NCBI GenBank assembly: GCA_035262925.1
Contig: DATFRY010000602.1
Coordinates: 3,135 to 67,134 of the forward strand
Length of the DNA stretch: 64,000 nucleotides
Direction of reading: 5' to 3'
DNA from: Kofleriaceae bacterium
GTDB taxonomy: Bacteria; Myxococcota_A; Polyangia; Haliangiales; Haliangiaceae
The translations under genes and the position numbers were made by a program. The notes under the pieces are model-generated. The model had not been told where the DNA came from. It saw only the letters and a list, made by a program, of their open reading frames with translations, and searched no databases. Below, piece by piece: positions 1-12,135 of the stretch (position 1 is the stretch's first letter; every line of letters begins with the position of its first letter).

Positions 1-260
1 TCCCCGACGAGCACCTGGTCGAGGAGGGCTACGACCCCCGGCTGCTCGGCCTCTTCTCCGGCGTCCCGCTGCCCGGCAAGTCGCACGCGACCAACCAGGT
101 CGCGGTCATCGACGCCGTGCACCTCTACCAGAAGAACCTCGAGCGCGAGAGCGCCGACCGCGAGCAGCTGGTCGAGGAGATCCGCGTCACCGTGCTGCAC
201 GAGACCGCCCACTTCTTCGGCCTCGAGGACGACGACCTCGACAGCCTCGGCCTCGGGTAG
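1..260 (+). CDS. zincin-like metallopeptidase family protein, C-terminal fragment (5' end outside window)
   Basis: The frame is open from the window edge (codons from nt 3) to TAG 258-260. The tail ...EIRVTVLHETAHFFGLEDDDLDSLGLG has an HExxH motif near the C-terminus, as in small DUF1025-type zincins. Third codon positions are GC-rich. Confidence 0.55.
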   Translation, partial: PDEHLVEEGYDPRLLGLFSGVPLPGKSHATNQVAVIDAVHLYQKNLERESADREQLVEEIRVTVLHETAHFFGLEDDDLDSLGLG

Positions 261-422
261 GGTCGATCGCGCCAGGGCCGCGGCGGCTGCGCCCGGGTCC
301 GGGCGGCCGTGCCGGGTGGAGACGGCCGATCCGGGGATTCCGTCGACGCGGCGGAAAGGGCAACTTTTGGGTTGCTCGTCTGACCGGGCGGTGATAGACA
401 GGCAACCAGGAGGTTGCCCCTC

Positions 423-875
423 ATGTCGAGCACCGATCGAATCGAGAAGCAGGTGGAGCTGCGGGCGCCGCGGGCGCGTGTGTGGCGGGCCATCGCCAAT
501 GCGGAGGAGTTCGGGGCCTGGTTGCGGGTGGAGCTGGAGGGCCCGTTCGTCGAGGGATCAACCACGCGGGGACGGGTCACGTATCCCGGCCACGAACACC
601 TCGCCTTCGAGGTGCGGGTGGAGCGGATCGAGCCGGAGAAGTACTTTGCATATCGCTGGCACCCTGCCGCGATCGACCCGGCGGTCGACTACGCGTCGGA
701 GCCGACCACGCTGGTGGAGTTCTTTCTGGAGGACGCCGGCGGCGGGACCAGGCTCACCATCGTCGAGTCCGGCTTCGACGCGCTCTCGCCCGGGCGCCGT
801 CACGAGGCGTTTCGGCTCAACGACGCGGGATGGGACGAGCAGGTGGAGAACATCCACGGCCACGTGTCGCCGTAG
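423..875 (+). CDS. SRPBCC superfamily protein (AHSA1/START-like)
   Basis: ORF 414..875. ATG 423 lies 9 nt after AGGAGG (408-413). IEKQVELRAPRARVWRAI...FEVRVERIEPEKYFAYRWHP...TRLTIVESGF is typical of Aha1-domain SRPBCC proteins. Confidence 0.7.
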   Translation: MSSTDRIEKQVELRAPRARVWRAIANAEEFGAWLRVELEGPFVEGSTTRGRVTYPGHEHLAFEVRVERIEPEKYFAYRWHPAAIDPAVDYASEPTTLVEFFLEDAGGGTRLTIVESGFDALSPGRRHEAFRLNDAGWDEQVENIHGHVSP

Positions 876-899
876 ACCGCCGCGGCCGCTCCGCGCGCC

Positions 900-1328
900 C
901 TACTCGGGGGCGCCGCAGGCCAGCCACTCGCCGAGCAGGACGCGGGTGTCGTCGCTCGGGCCGCCGACCGGCGGCATGATCGAGTAGCCGTCGGCCGCGC
1001 GCTGGTAGATGGTGTCGGCGCGGGCGCGGATGTCGTCCAGGGTCTCGAAGTCGACCCCGGGCGGCGCGTCCTGGCGCATCGCGGCCGGCAGCTGGCTGCT
1101 GTGGCACCCGGTGCAGTACTCGGAGAAGAACGGCCCGCCGAAGTTGCCGTAGGTGAGGAAGCTGTCGGCGGGACAGGCGCGGTCCGCCAGCAGCCCGCCC
1201 GGCTCATAGGGCATCCCGTCGTCGCCGTCACCGACGTCGTCGCCGCCGCCATCGCCGCCGCCGGCGACTCCGCACGCGGCGGCGCCGGCGAGCGCGATGG
1301 CCAGCGCCGCCTCAGCTCGCCAGGCCAC
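900..1328 (-). CDS. small lipoprotein with a single c-type haem motif (CxxCH)
   Basis: ORF 900..1328. Lipoprotein-like N-terminus (LAIALAGAAACG), a Gly/Asp-rich linker, then FFSEYCTGCHSS. The start overlaps the 3' end of the upstream DUF1501 gene by 17 nt. Confidence 0.6.
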   Translation of the reverse strand: MAWRAEAALAIALAGAAACGVAGGGDGGGDDVGDGDDGMPYEPGGLLADRACPADSFLTYGNFGGPFFSEYCTGCHSSQLPAAMRQDAPPGVDFETLDDIRARADTIYQRAADGYSIMPPVGGPSDDTRVLLGEWLACGAPE

Positions 1329-2601
1329 GCAGCGGCTCCACGCCGGGCAGGTACGCGTTCGGCTCCACCCCGACCAGCTCGAGCAGGCCGGCGATGACGT
1401 TCTCGGTCTGCAGCGTGGTCCCGCCGTCCACGACCTGCCCGGTGGCGAGATCGACCGACGCGGCCTCGACCGAGTCGGTGGTGCCGCCGAGCGCGCGGCT
1501 CCCGCGCACCCCGGCGCCCATCACCAGCATGCTGGTCACCGGCCAGTGGTCCTTGCCGCCCTGGGCGTTGAGCCTCGGCGTGCGGCTCATCTCGGAGATG
1601 GCGACCACCACGGTCTCGTCCAGCAGCGACGCGCCGGTCCCCGCGCCCGGCCGCGCCGCCAGGTCGTCCAGCAGCCCGTGCAGCGAGGCGAACAGCGCGT
1701 CGTGGAAGCCGCTCTGGTCCTCGTTCTGCGTGTGCGTGTCCCACTGCAGGCGCGAGTCCAGCATGACCGCGCGCGAGATGCCCTGCTCCACCACCTGGGC
1801 GGCGAGCGCGGCCTGGTCCTCGAGCTTGAGGTTGCGCCCGCGGCCGCCGAACCCGCCGGCGTACGGGCGCAGGCGGTCCGATCGCTCCAGCGAGTCGAGG
1901 AAGTCGTCGATGCGCGCGCGGTTGTAGCCCAGCGCGCCGCGCACCGCCTTCTCGCGCTCGGCGCGGGCCGACACGAACGAGCGGATGGCGGCCTCGTCGT
2001 CGGCCGACGGCACGAAGGCCGGCTGCGCGTAGGGCGCGCCGCTCGGGGCCGGGTAGGCCTGGGCCGGGTCCAGCAGCGCGGTGATCTGGTTGGTGAGCCC
2101 CACGCGGCCGGCGCTGGCCGCGAGCGGGCCGGTGAACGCCTCGTCGCCCAGGATGAGGTACGGCAGCGGGAGGTCGCGCCCGAGCTCGTGGGCGCAGATG
2201 GCGCCCAGGTCCGGTCTGGCCGACGACGCGGTGCCGGTCAGCATCCGCTTCTTGCACTCCGGGTGCGCGATCGACCGGATCGAGATGCCGCGCACCACCG
2301 CGGTCATCGCCGCGTAGGCGTCGAAGAACGCGGTCACCGCCGGGCGCGAGGCGTCGGTCCACAGGTCGAGGTCGCCGTAGGCGGTGACCGCACCGGCCGG
2401 GACGTCGACCCCGTCGATGCCGGGCTTGGGGTCGAGCGCGTAGGTGGTGTCCCAGCCGCCCGCCGCCAGCACGATGAGCAGGTTGCGCGCCGGGCGCGGC
2501 TCGTCCGCGCGCGGGACGCGCAGGCGGGGCAGAGACAGGGCGGCGGCGCCGGCCAGGCCGCCGAGGACAACGTCGCGTCGCGTGAACATCGCCATGGCCA
2601 T
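1312..2601 (-). CDS. DUF1501 domain protein (sulfatase-fold, Tat-exported)
   Basis: C-terminal 429 aa of track ORF 1312..4626. Start MAMAMFTRRDVVLGGLAGAAAL is a twin-arginine signal, with GAGGA just upstream. Motifs LAAGGWDTTYALDP and SEMSRTPRLNAQGGKDHWP match DUF1501 hallmarks. The start could be any of three ATGs at 2601, 2595 or 2589. Confidence 0.8.
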   Translation of the reverse strand: MAMAMFTRRDVVLGGLAGAAALSLPRLRVPRADEPRPARNLLIVLAAGGWDTTYALDPKPGIDGVDVPAGAVTAYGDLDLWTDASRPAVTAFFDAYAAMTAVVRGISIRSIAHPECKKRMLTGTASSARPDLGAICAHELGRDLPLPYLILGDEAFTGPLAASAGRVGLTNQITALLDPAQAYPAPSGAPYAQPAFVPSADDEAAIRSFVSARAEREKAVRGALGYNRARIDDFLDSLERSDRLRPYAGGFGGRGRNLKLEDQAALAAQVVEQGISRAVMLDSRLQWDTHTQNEDQSGFHDALFASLHGLLDDLAARPGAGTGASLLDETVVVAISEMSRTPRLNAQGGKDHWPVTSMLVMGAGVRGSRALGGTTDSVEAASVDLATGQVVDGGTTLQTENVIAGLLELVGVEPNAYLPGVEPLRGLAS

Positions 2602-2624
2602 TCCTCGTCGAGTCGGCAGCTGGG

Positions 2625-4328
2625 TCAGTAGGTCGCGATGCGCAGGTCCTGCAGCATCGCGGTGAGCGTTGTCTTCCACGCGTGGGCGACGTCGCCGGTG
2701 CGGTCCAGGGTGTCGCGGAAGACCGCGTACGCCTCGCCCACCGCCTCCGACTCCGGCGGCGAGAAGTCGGCGTAGAAGCGGGCGTACAGGTCGGCCAGCT
2801 GCGCCCGCACCGCGGCCTCGTCGCGCGTGTCCGGCTCGACCCGGGTGAGCAGCGCGCGCTCGGCCGCGCCCCTGTCGAAGTCGGCCTCCACCGCGTAGCC
2901 GGCGGCGGCCGCGGCCAGCGCGCGCAGCACCAGGACCGACGTGGCGTTGAAGGTGTGCGACGGCTCGACCACGAAGTAGGAGTCGATGCCGCCGGCCAGC
3001 ACGCGGAAGCCGACCGCGTCGTCGCCGAGGAGGTCGACCGGGCCGACCCGACCGCCGCGAAAGCGCAGATCGGAGTCGGTGCGCCAGCGGAACCCGGTCA
3101 GGTCCTCGACCAGGCGGGCCAGCTCCGACGGCCGCGCCTTCTTCATGCCGACCAGGCCCTCGGCAGCGCCCTCGCTGGTGGCGTGCGAGGCGGCGAACTC
3201 GTCGGACAGGACCACCGCGCGGGCCAGCGCCTTGGCCGAGTATCCGCTGGTCACGAACGTCTCCTGTAGCCGAGCGGCCAGCTCGAGCGGCACCGCGTCG
3301 AGATCGACCTGGGCCAGGTAGGCATAGAACCGCTTCGCGGCGCACAGCGAGAAGCGCGGGTCGTCGGCGATGAGCTGCCCGAGGTCGCCCAGGCCGGCTC
3401 CGGTCAGGCCGAAGAAGGCGGGCGGACGGCGCGAGGTGCGGCGCCACCGGCCGGTCTGCGCGGCGTCGAACAGGCCCGGCAGCGGGTAGCCGGATTGCTG
3501 GACCTTCATCATGAGCAGGTTGGGCTCGAAGCCCCAGAAGAAGCTGGCCAGCGGATCGAGCGTCTGGTGGCAGCTGGCGCACGCTGGATTCTCGACCACC
3601 GCGCTGGCCACGGCGTCCGGATCGCTGAGATCGATCGCGCCATCGACCACGACGTCGCGCGAGAGGAAGTCGCTGCACAGGAGCGCCTTCGACACGGCGT
3701 TGGCCCGGCCGCGGTGCCAGTTGGCGCCGGCCGAGCGGTGGCGCAGGTAGAAGGCGTTGGTCGACAGCACGCCGGCGGCCGGCCGGCCGTCCTGGTAGCG
3801 CGCCACCTGCCACTCCGGCCCATCGGCGTCGCGGGAGAGCCCGTAGGCGGCGGCCACCACCGGGTCGGCCATCGTGTAGTCCGCCGTGACGATCTCGGTG
3901 TAGGGCCGGTCGCCCATGACGACGTGCTCGACCAGGCGCAGCGGCTCCTCGCCGATCGAGGCCTGCAGGCGTGCGGTCGGCGTGTCGGCCAGATCGCCGA
4001 TCGGCGGCAGCGTGGCGTAGCGGGTGAGCAGCGTCTCGTCGTGCATGTCGCGCACGGTCTCGCCGAATCCATCGCTGGCGAGATACGAGTCGACCAGGTC
4101 CGCGAGCTCGTCCGGGTCGGCCTTCACCCGCTCCAGCTCGTCGAGCGGCGGCCGCACCCCGCGCAGCGCCACCGAGGCACGAACCAGGCGCTCGGCCGGC
4201 GGCAGGAGCACGACCTCGCCCACTTGCTCGCCTCCACCGGTCCCCGCCGCGCCCCCTCCGCCGCCGTCGTCCCCACACGCCGCGATGAGCAGGCAAAGCG
4301 TCGCCACGGGTCCTGACCAGGAGCGCAT
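2625..4328 (-). CDS. lipoprotein with a CxxCH motif, partner of DUF1501 (DUF1588/PSD-like; family assignment uncertain)
   Basis: ORF 2625..4460, start moved to MRSWSGPVATLCLLIAACGDDGG (lipobox). Contains NPACASCHQTLDPLASFFWGFEP. It sits immediately upstream of DUF1501, as is usual for these gene pairs. Confidence 0.65.
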   Translation of the reverse strand: MRSWSGPVATLCLLIAACGDDGGGGGAAGTGGGEQVGEVVLLPPAERLVRASVALRGVRPPLDELERVKADPDELADLVDSYLASDGFGETVRDMHDETLLTRYATLPPIGDLADTPTARLQASIGEEPLRLVEHVVMGDRPYTEIVTADYTMADPVVAAAYGLSRDADGPEWQVARYQDGRPAAGVLSTNAFYLRHRSAGANWHRGRANAVSKALLCSDFLSRDVVVDGAIDLSDPDAVASAVVENPACASCHQTLDPLASFFWGFEPNLLMMKVQQSGYPLPGLFDAAQTGRWRRTSRRPPAFFGLTGAGLGDLGQLIADDPRFSLCAAKRFYAYLAQVDLDAVPLELAARLQETFVTSGYSAKALARAVVLSDEFAASHATSEGAAEGLVGMKKARPSELARLVEDLTGFRWRTDSDLRFRGGRVGPVDLLGDDAVGFRVLAGGIDSYFVVEPSHTFNATSVLVLRALAAAAAGYAVEADFDRGAAERALLTRVEPDTRDEAAVRAQLADLYARFYADFSPPESEAVGEAYAVFRDTLDRTGDVAHAWKTTLTAMLQDLRIATY

Positions 4329-4552
4329 GTCCCCGCGGGGAGCAATCGCCCGGCCATGGCCGTCCCGGCGCGATTCCAGGCTTCTGCGCCGCCGGTGATC
4401 TCCGTTGGTCCCAGGCCGGTGATCCCTGCCGGTACCAGCCAGGCCGCTCATGTCCGTCACCGCGGCGGCGCGCGCACCGTCGACTCGTCGCCGGTGCCCG
4501 GTCGCCGCGCGCGCCTCGGGCGCGAACCGCGCGGCGGTCAGCGCGGAGCAGC

Positions 4553-8191
<3,639 letters not shown>

Positions 8192-8268
8192 GGCGACCGT
8201 CGGACGAATGTGTACCGGATCGAGAGTTTCCGCGGTACCCTCGGCGCAGCCTAGCTCGACCGTCCGAC

Positions 8269-10146
8269 GTGATCTCCCGTCCAGCTCTCGCTCGAGCCGT
8301 CGCGTCCACCGCAGCGGTACGCGCCGCGCTCGCCGCAGCGCTCGCCCTGAGCGGCGCATGTGGCGGGGATGACGGCACCGGCCCCGACGGCGGGAGTGAC
8401 CTCAGCTCGCTCGAGGTGCTGAGCCCGCCGGGCGACGAGATCGGATTGCCGTTCTACGGCCAGGTCACCCTGCGGGTCAGGTACCGGGACCCGGGCGGTG
8501 CGCCGGTGCCGGCCGCGCCGCTCACCTTCGATCTGGTCACCAGCGCGAGCGAGTCGACCGGCGGCTCGACCCTGTCGGCCACCGGCGCCACCACCGACGG
8601 GAGCGGCGTCGCCACGGTCACCCTGGCGGCAGGCGCCGAGCGGGTCAACTTCCGCGTCCAGGTCAGCGCCGCCCGCGCCCAGCCCGCCCTCTTCTACATC
8701 GCCGTCTCCGAGGAGGGCTTCGCGGACCTGATCGCCACGCCCGAGCACGAGGGCTTCCGCGCGACCGGTGACTTCGGCGCCGTCGAGGCGCGGCTCTACC
8801 GCGCCGCCGATCTGCGCTGCGCCGAGCTCGACCCCGACGCGCCGCCCGAGTCGCTGTTTCCCGGCCGCGCGCTGGCCGGCTTCGGCGGCGAGGCGCGCTA
8901 CCGGAACGTCGGCGCCGGCGAGCCGTACGCGGTGCTCGCGTGGGGCCAGCTGGAGCCGGAGGGCGTGCGCGTGGCGGTGGGCTGCGTCGAGCTCGACGCG
9001 GACCAGGTGCGCGCCGGCGCCGAGGTTCGCCTGCCGCTGCCGGTGGCGGACCGGGCGCCGGGGCTGGCGGCCGCGCTCGACGTCGAGTCGACGTTCAACG
9101 CCACGCCGCTGGCCGCCGCCGTCGCCGCCGCCGGACCCGACGTGTGGGCGGCGCTCGACTGCCCGCTGGGCCGCGCGCAGCTGCTCATCGACTGCGCGCT
9201 CGACGCCCAGGTGAGCGACGGCGCGCTCGACTGCGCGGTGGGCGGCGCGAGCCCGCTGCTCGGCGACGTGGCCGCGCAGCGCGGCGCGGTCGACGCGGCC
9301 GGCTGCCGCCCGCCCGAGGTCGCCGGCGGCCCCTCGCTCGACGCGCTGGTCGACCAGCAGCTGGCCGCGCCCTGGCCCGGCGGAGACGCGCTGGCCGCGA
9401 TGCTGGCCGCGCGGCGCGCGCCGCTGATCTCCTTCCGCCTGGACTCGCGGTTCGGTCCGGGCGGCGCGGAGGGCTCGCTGGTGCACCGCCTGTCCCGCCT
9501 CGCGGTCAGCGCCGGCGGCGCGACCGCCGAGCTCGACCTGGTGGCCAGCGATCGGCCGATCATCCGACAGACCGCGGCGGCGTCGATCGATCCGGCAAGC
9601 GGCCGGCTCGCGATCGGCGCCCACTCGTTCACGGTCGACTACGGCCGCTTCGCGATCGCCGCGTTCACCCAGCTCGGCCTGGAGCCGGCGGGCCTGACCG
9701 ACCGCGCCACCTCCCTCGGCAGCGCGCTCTACGAGTCGGTGGCCGACGGCGGCCAGGCCGGCTGCCCGGCCCTGAGCCGCATCGCGTGCCTCGCCATCGC
9801 GCGGCAGGCGAACTGCCTGCTGGCCGCGTGCGGCGCGGCGGCCGGCCAGCTCGACGTCCTCCTCGACGGATGGTGGCGGGCGCTCGAGGGAGCCGGGCTC
9901 GACCTCGCGCTGACCGGCTCGGCGCCGCCGCTCGACGGCGACGGCGACCTCGCGCTCGACGGGCTCGGCCTGGGCGCCGGCGGGCGCGGCGCGTGGTCGG
10001 CCGAGATGCGCGTCGCCAGCGGCGAGGTCGCCGCGCTGACCGGCCTCTTCTCCGCCGCGCTCAGCTCGCGGGCGGCCCCACCGGCTCGCACTCCGGCGGC
10101 ACGTCCTCGGGCCGCACCGGCCGGGGAGCGCGGCACAGGACCTTGA
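8269..10146 (+). CDS. large lipoprotein, unknown function (N-terminal Ig-like repeat)
   Basis: ORF 8269..10146. Signal and lipobox LALSGACGG. The segment TLSATGATTDGSGVATVTLAAGAERVNFRV resembles a bacterial Ig-like fold. Cys-rich middle. The last ~28 codons overlap the convergent gene and may be non-conserved read-through. Confidence 0.6.
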   Translation: MISRPALARAVASTAAVRAALAAALALSGACGGDDGTGPDGGSDLSSLEVLSPPGDEIGLPFYGQVTLRVRYRDPGGAPVPAAPLTFDLVTSASESTGGSTLSATGATTDGSGVATVTLAAGAERVNFRVQVSAARAQPALFYIAVSEEGFADLIATPEHEGFRATGDFGAVEARLYRAADLRCAELDPDAPPESLFPGRALAGFGGEARYRNVGAGEPYAVLAWGQLEPEGVRVAVGCVELDADQVRAGAEVRLPLPVADRAPGLAAALDVESTFNATPLAAAVAAAGPDVWAALDCPLGRAQLLIDCALDAQVSDGALDCAVGGASPLLGDVAAQRGAVDAAGCRPPEVAGGPSLDALVDQQLAAPWPGGDALAAMLAARRAPLISFRLDSRFGPGGAEGSLVHRLSRLAVSAGGATAELDLVASDRPIIRQTAAASIDPASGRLAIGAHSFTVDYGRFAIAAFTQLGLEPAGLTDRATSLGSALYESVADGGQAGCPALSRIACLAIARQANCLLAACGAAAGQLDVLLDGWWRALEGAGLDLALTGSAPPLDGDGDLALDGLGLGAGGRGAWSAEMRVASGEVAALTGLFSAALSSRAAPPARTPAARPRAAPAGERGTGP

Positions 10147-10717
10147 GGCGGTCGGCCTGGACGACGCCGTGGTCGTCGACCCAGCCCTCGACCCGGATCT
10201 CGGCGCCGGGCGCGGGATAGCCGTCGTCGATGCGCGTACCGGACGAGAGCTCGATGGCCACGATGTCGCCGTACGGCGCCGGTACCAGCAGGCGGTTGCG
10301 ATCGCGGTCGAAGAAGTAGACCGTGCCGCGGTCGAGCCTGGCCTCGCCGCGGTCGACCTCGTACCGGAAGTCGCCGTGCTCGCCGGGGCCGCGGTCGCAC
10401 GTGCTGCAGCGCAGCGGGTCGTCGAGGCCGCCGCCGTGGTCGTCGGGGTCGAGGAAGTCGGGCATGCGGTCGCCGTCGTGATCGCCGTCCACGCACGCCG
10501 ACGGGTAGAAGTCATCCACCCGCACGCGCGCGGCGTCGTCGGTCACCGGGCCGCACTCGATGGCGCTGTCGGTGAAGAAGCAGGCCGAGACCTGCCTCTC
10601 GGCCTCGCCTGGGGGCGCGGCGCCGCCGGCGGCACCCTGGCCGTCGGGATCGCCGCTGCACCCGGCCAGGGGGATGAGCAGGACGAGGGCGGGGAATCTG
10701 GCAGGGGACCAGGTCAT
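10061..10717 (-). CDS. lipoprotein with an Asp-rich Ca-binding-like motif
   Basis: C-terminal 218 aa of ORF 10061..11164. Start MTWSPARFPALVLLIPLAGCSG (lipobox). DGDHDGDRMPDFLDPDD resembles thrombospondin type-3 / Ca-binding loops. Confidence 0.55.
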   Translation of the reverse strand: MTWSPARFPALVLLIPLAGCSGDPDGQGAAGGAAPPGEAERQVSACFFTDSAIECGPVTDDAARVRVDDFYPSACVDGDHDGDRMPDFLDPDDHGGGLDDPLRCSTCDRGPGEHGDFRYEVDRGEARLDRGTVYFFDRDRNRLLVPAPYGDIVAIELSSGTRIDDGYPAPGAEIRVEGWVDDHGVVQADRLKVLCRAPRPVRPEDVPPECEPVGPPAS

Positions 10718-10830
10718 GAGGGCGCCAGACTGCGAGTCTCGTGCCCGTGAAAGCGCGCGGAAGGGCGAGCCCGGGCCGGAAGTGTCCGTACGTCGACTGC
10801 ACAGCCGCGCAAGCCCCGTACTGCCCGCGT

Positions 10831-12018
10831 TCAGAACTTGTAGGCGAAGCCGAAGCGGGCGTAGGAGCGGGCGTCCTCCTCGAACATGGAGCCGTGGAAG
10901 AGATCGGTGAAGGCGGCGCGCTCGTCCTGGCGCGGCGCGCCCTCGATGAGCAGCCACCCGCTCCACCGCTCGCTCAGGGCCACCTCGACCGCGAGCGAGA
11001 CCATGGCGCGCACGCCGCTGTCGCGCGCGAACAGGTGGCCGCGCCCCACCAGATCGTCGACCCGCGCGCGCGTCTCGGCGTCGAGCGTGCCGTCGCGGTA
11101 GCCCTGGCACAGGTCGGTCGGGTTCCCCTCGTCCGCCTTGCCGGGACAGTGGCGATCGGTCCACGCGTCGAGGTAGGCGCGGCCGGTGATGGTGACCGCG
11201 CCGAGCCCGGTCAAGGACGCCGCCACGCCGGCGTCGGCGAACCAGTCGTTGCGCTTCGAGTCGTCGAAGTAGGTCGACCCACCGCCGGCGTCGGCGAAGC
11301 CGCCGAACGAGAACGGATCGACATCGACGAAGGTGACGCGCGTGGTGGCGCCCAGCTCCCAGCGCACGCCGTAGGTGCGGAACAGCACGCCGGCGTCGAG
11401 GGCGAACGGACGGCCGCGCGGCAGGGCCCCGACCTGCACGCGCGAGTCGAACAGGTACGGGTAGCCGGCGCCGAACGCGATGGTCGAGCGGCCGCGCGGC
11501 AGCGCCCTGGCGCCGAACGAGCTCAGCCCGCGCCGCTCGAGCAGGAGCTCCTGCTTGCTGGGCGGCGCACCGTCGGCGACCTCGCCGACCTCGCCGCCTG
11601 GGCCCTGGTCGCCGGGCGGCCCCGCGCCGGGCGCGCCGCCGCCGCCGCCGGCCGCCGCATGCGCTCCGCCGGCGCCGCGTCCGCGGCCGCGCTGGTCGAC
11701 CGGATCGACCTGGCCGACACCCGGCTGGCCGCCGTCCTCCAGATCGAGGGTGAGGACCGCGGTGGAGCCGGCCTCGACGGTGACGTGGTCCTCGCGCTTG
11801 CCATGGCCGTCGGCGCGCACCGCCACCACGTGATCGCCCGGCCGCACCTGCTTGATCTCGAGCGGCGTCACGCCCACGTCGGTGCCGTCGAGCGAGACGG
11901 TCGCGCCGTCCACGTTGGTCAGCACGCGGATGCTGCCGCCGCGCGCCGCCTGGGCGGCGGCGTCGGGGCTCGCCAGGTGCAGGGCGAACAGGCCGGCCAC
12001 GAGAGGTGCGAGGCGCAT
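10831..12018 (-). CDS. PEGA domain protein fused to an outer-membrane beta-barrel-like C-terminus
   Basis: Signal peptide MRLAPLVAGLFALHLASPDAAAQA. PEGA-like segment IRVLTNVDGATVSLDGTDVGVTPLEIKQVRPGDHVVAV. The C-terminal ...ARFGFAYKF ends in Phe, like OMP beta-signals. Confidence 0.7.
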   Translation of the reverse strand: MRLAPLVAGLFALHLASPDAAAQAARGGSIRVLTNVDGATVSLDGTDVGVTPLEIKQVRPGDHVVAVRADGHGKREDHVTVEAGSTAVLTLDLEDGGQPGVGQVDPVDQRGRGRGAGGAHAAAGGGGGAPGAGPPGDQGPGGEVGEVADGAPPSKQELLLERRGLSSFGARALPRGRSTIAFGAGYPYLFDSRVQVGALPRGRPFALDAGVLFRTYGVRWELGATTRVTFVDVDPFSFGGFADAGGGSTYFDDSKRNDWFADAGVAASLTGLGAVTITGRAYLDAWTDRHCPGKADEGNPTDLCQGYRDGTLDAETRARVDDLVGRGHLFARDSGVRAMVSLAVEVALSERWSGWLLIEGAPRQDERAAFTDLFHGSMFEEDARSYARFGFAYKF

Positions 12019-12135
12019 GCGGGGCTCCTGCGACTCAGGGTATGCGAGCCTCGCGCGTGCGGCAAATCGCCTCCCGTCCGGCGCCCGGGCCGGCGCCGGT
12101 GCGCGAGTGAACCTTGCCCGCCGCCGTGCGCGCGG

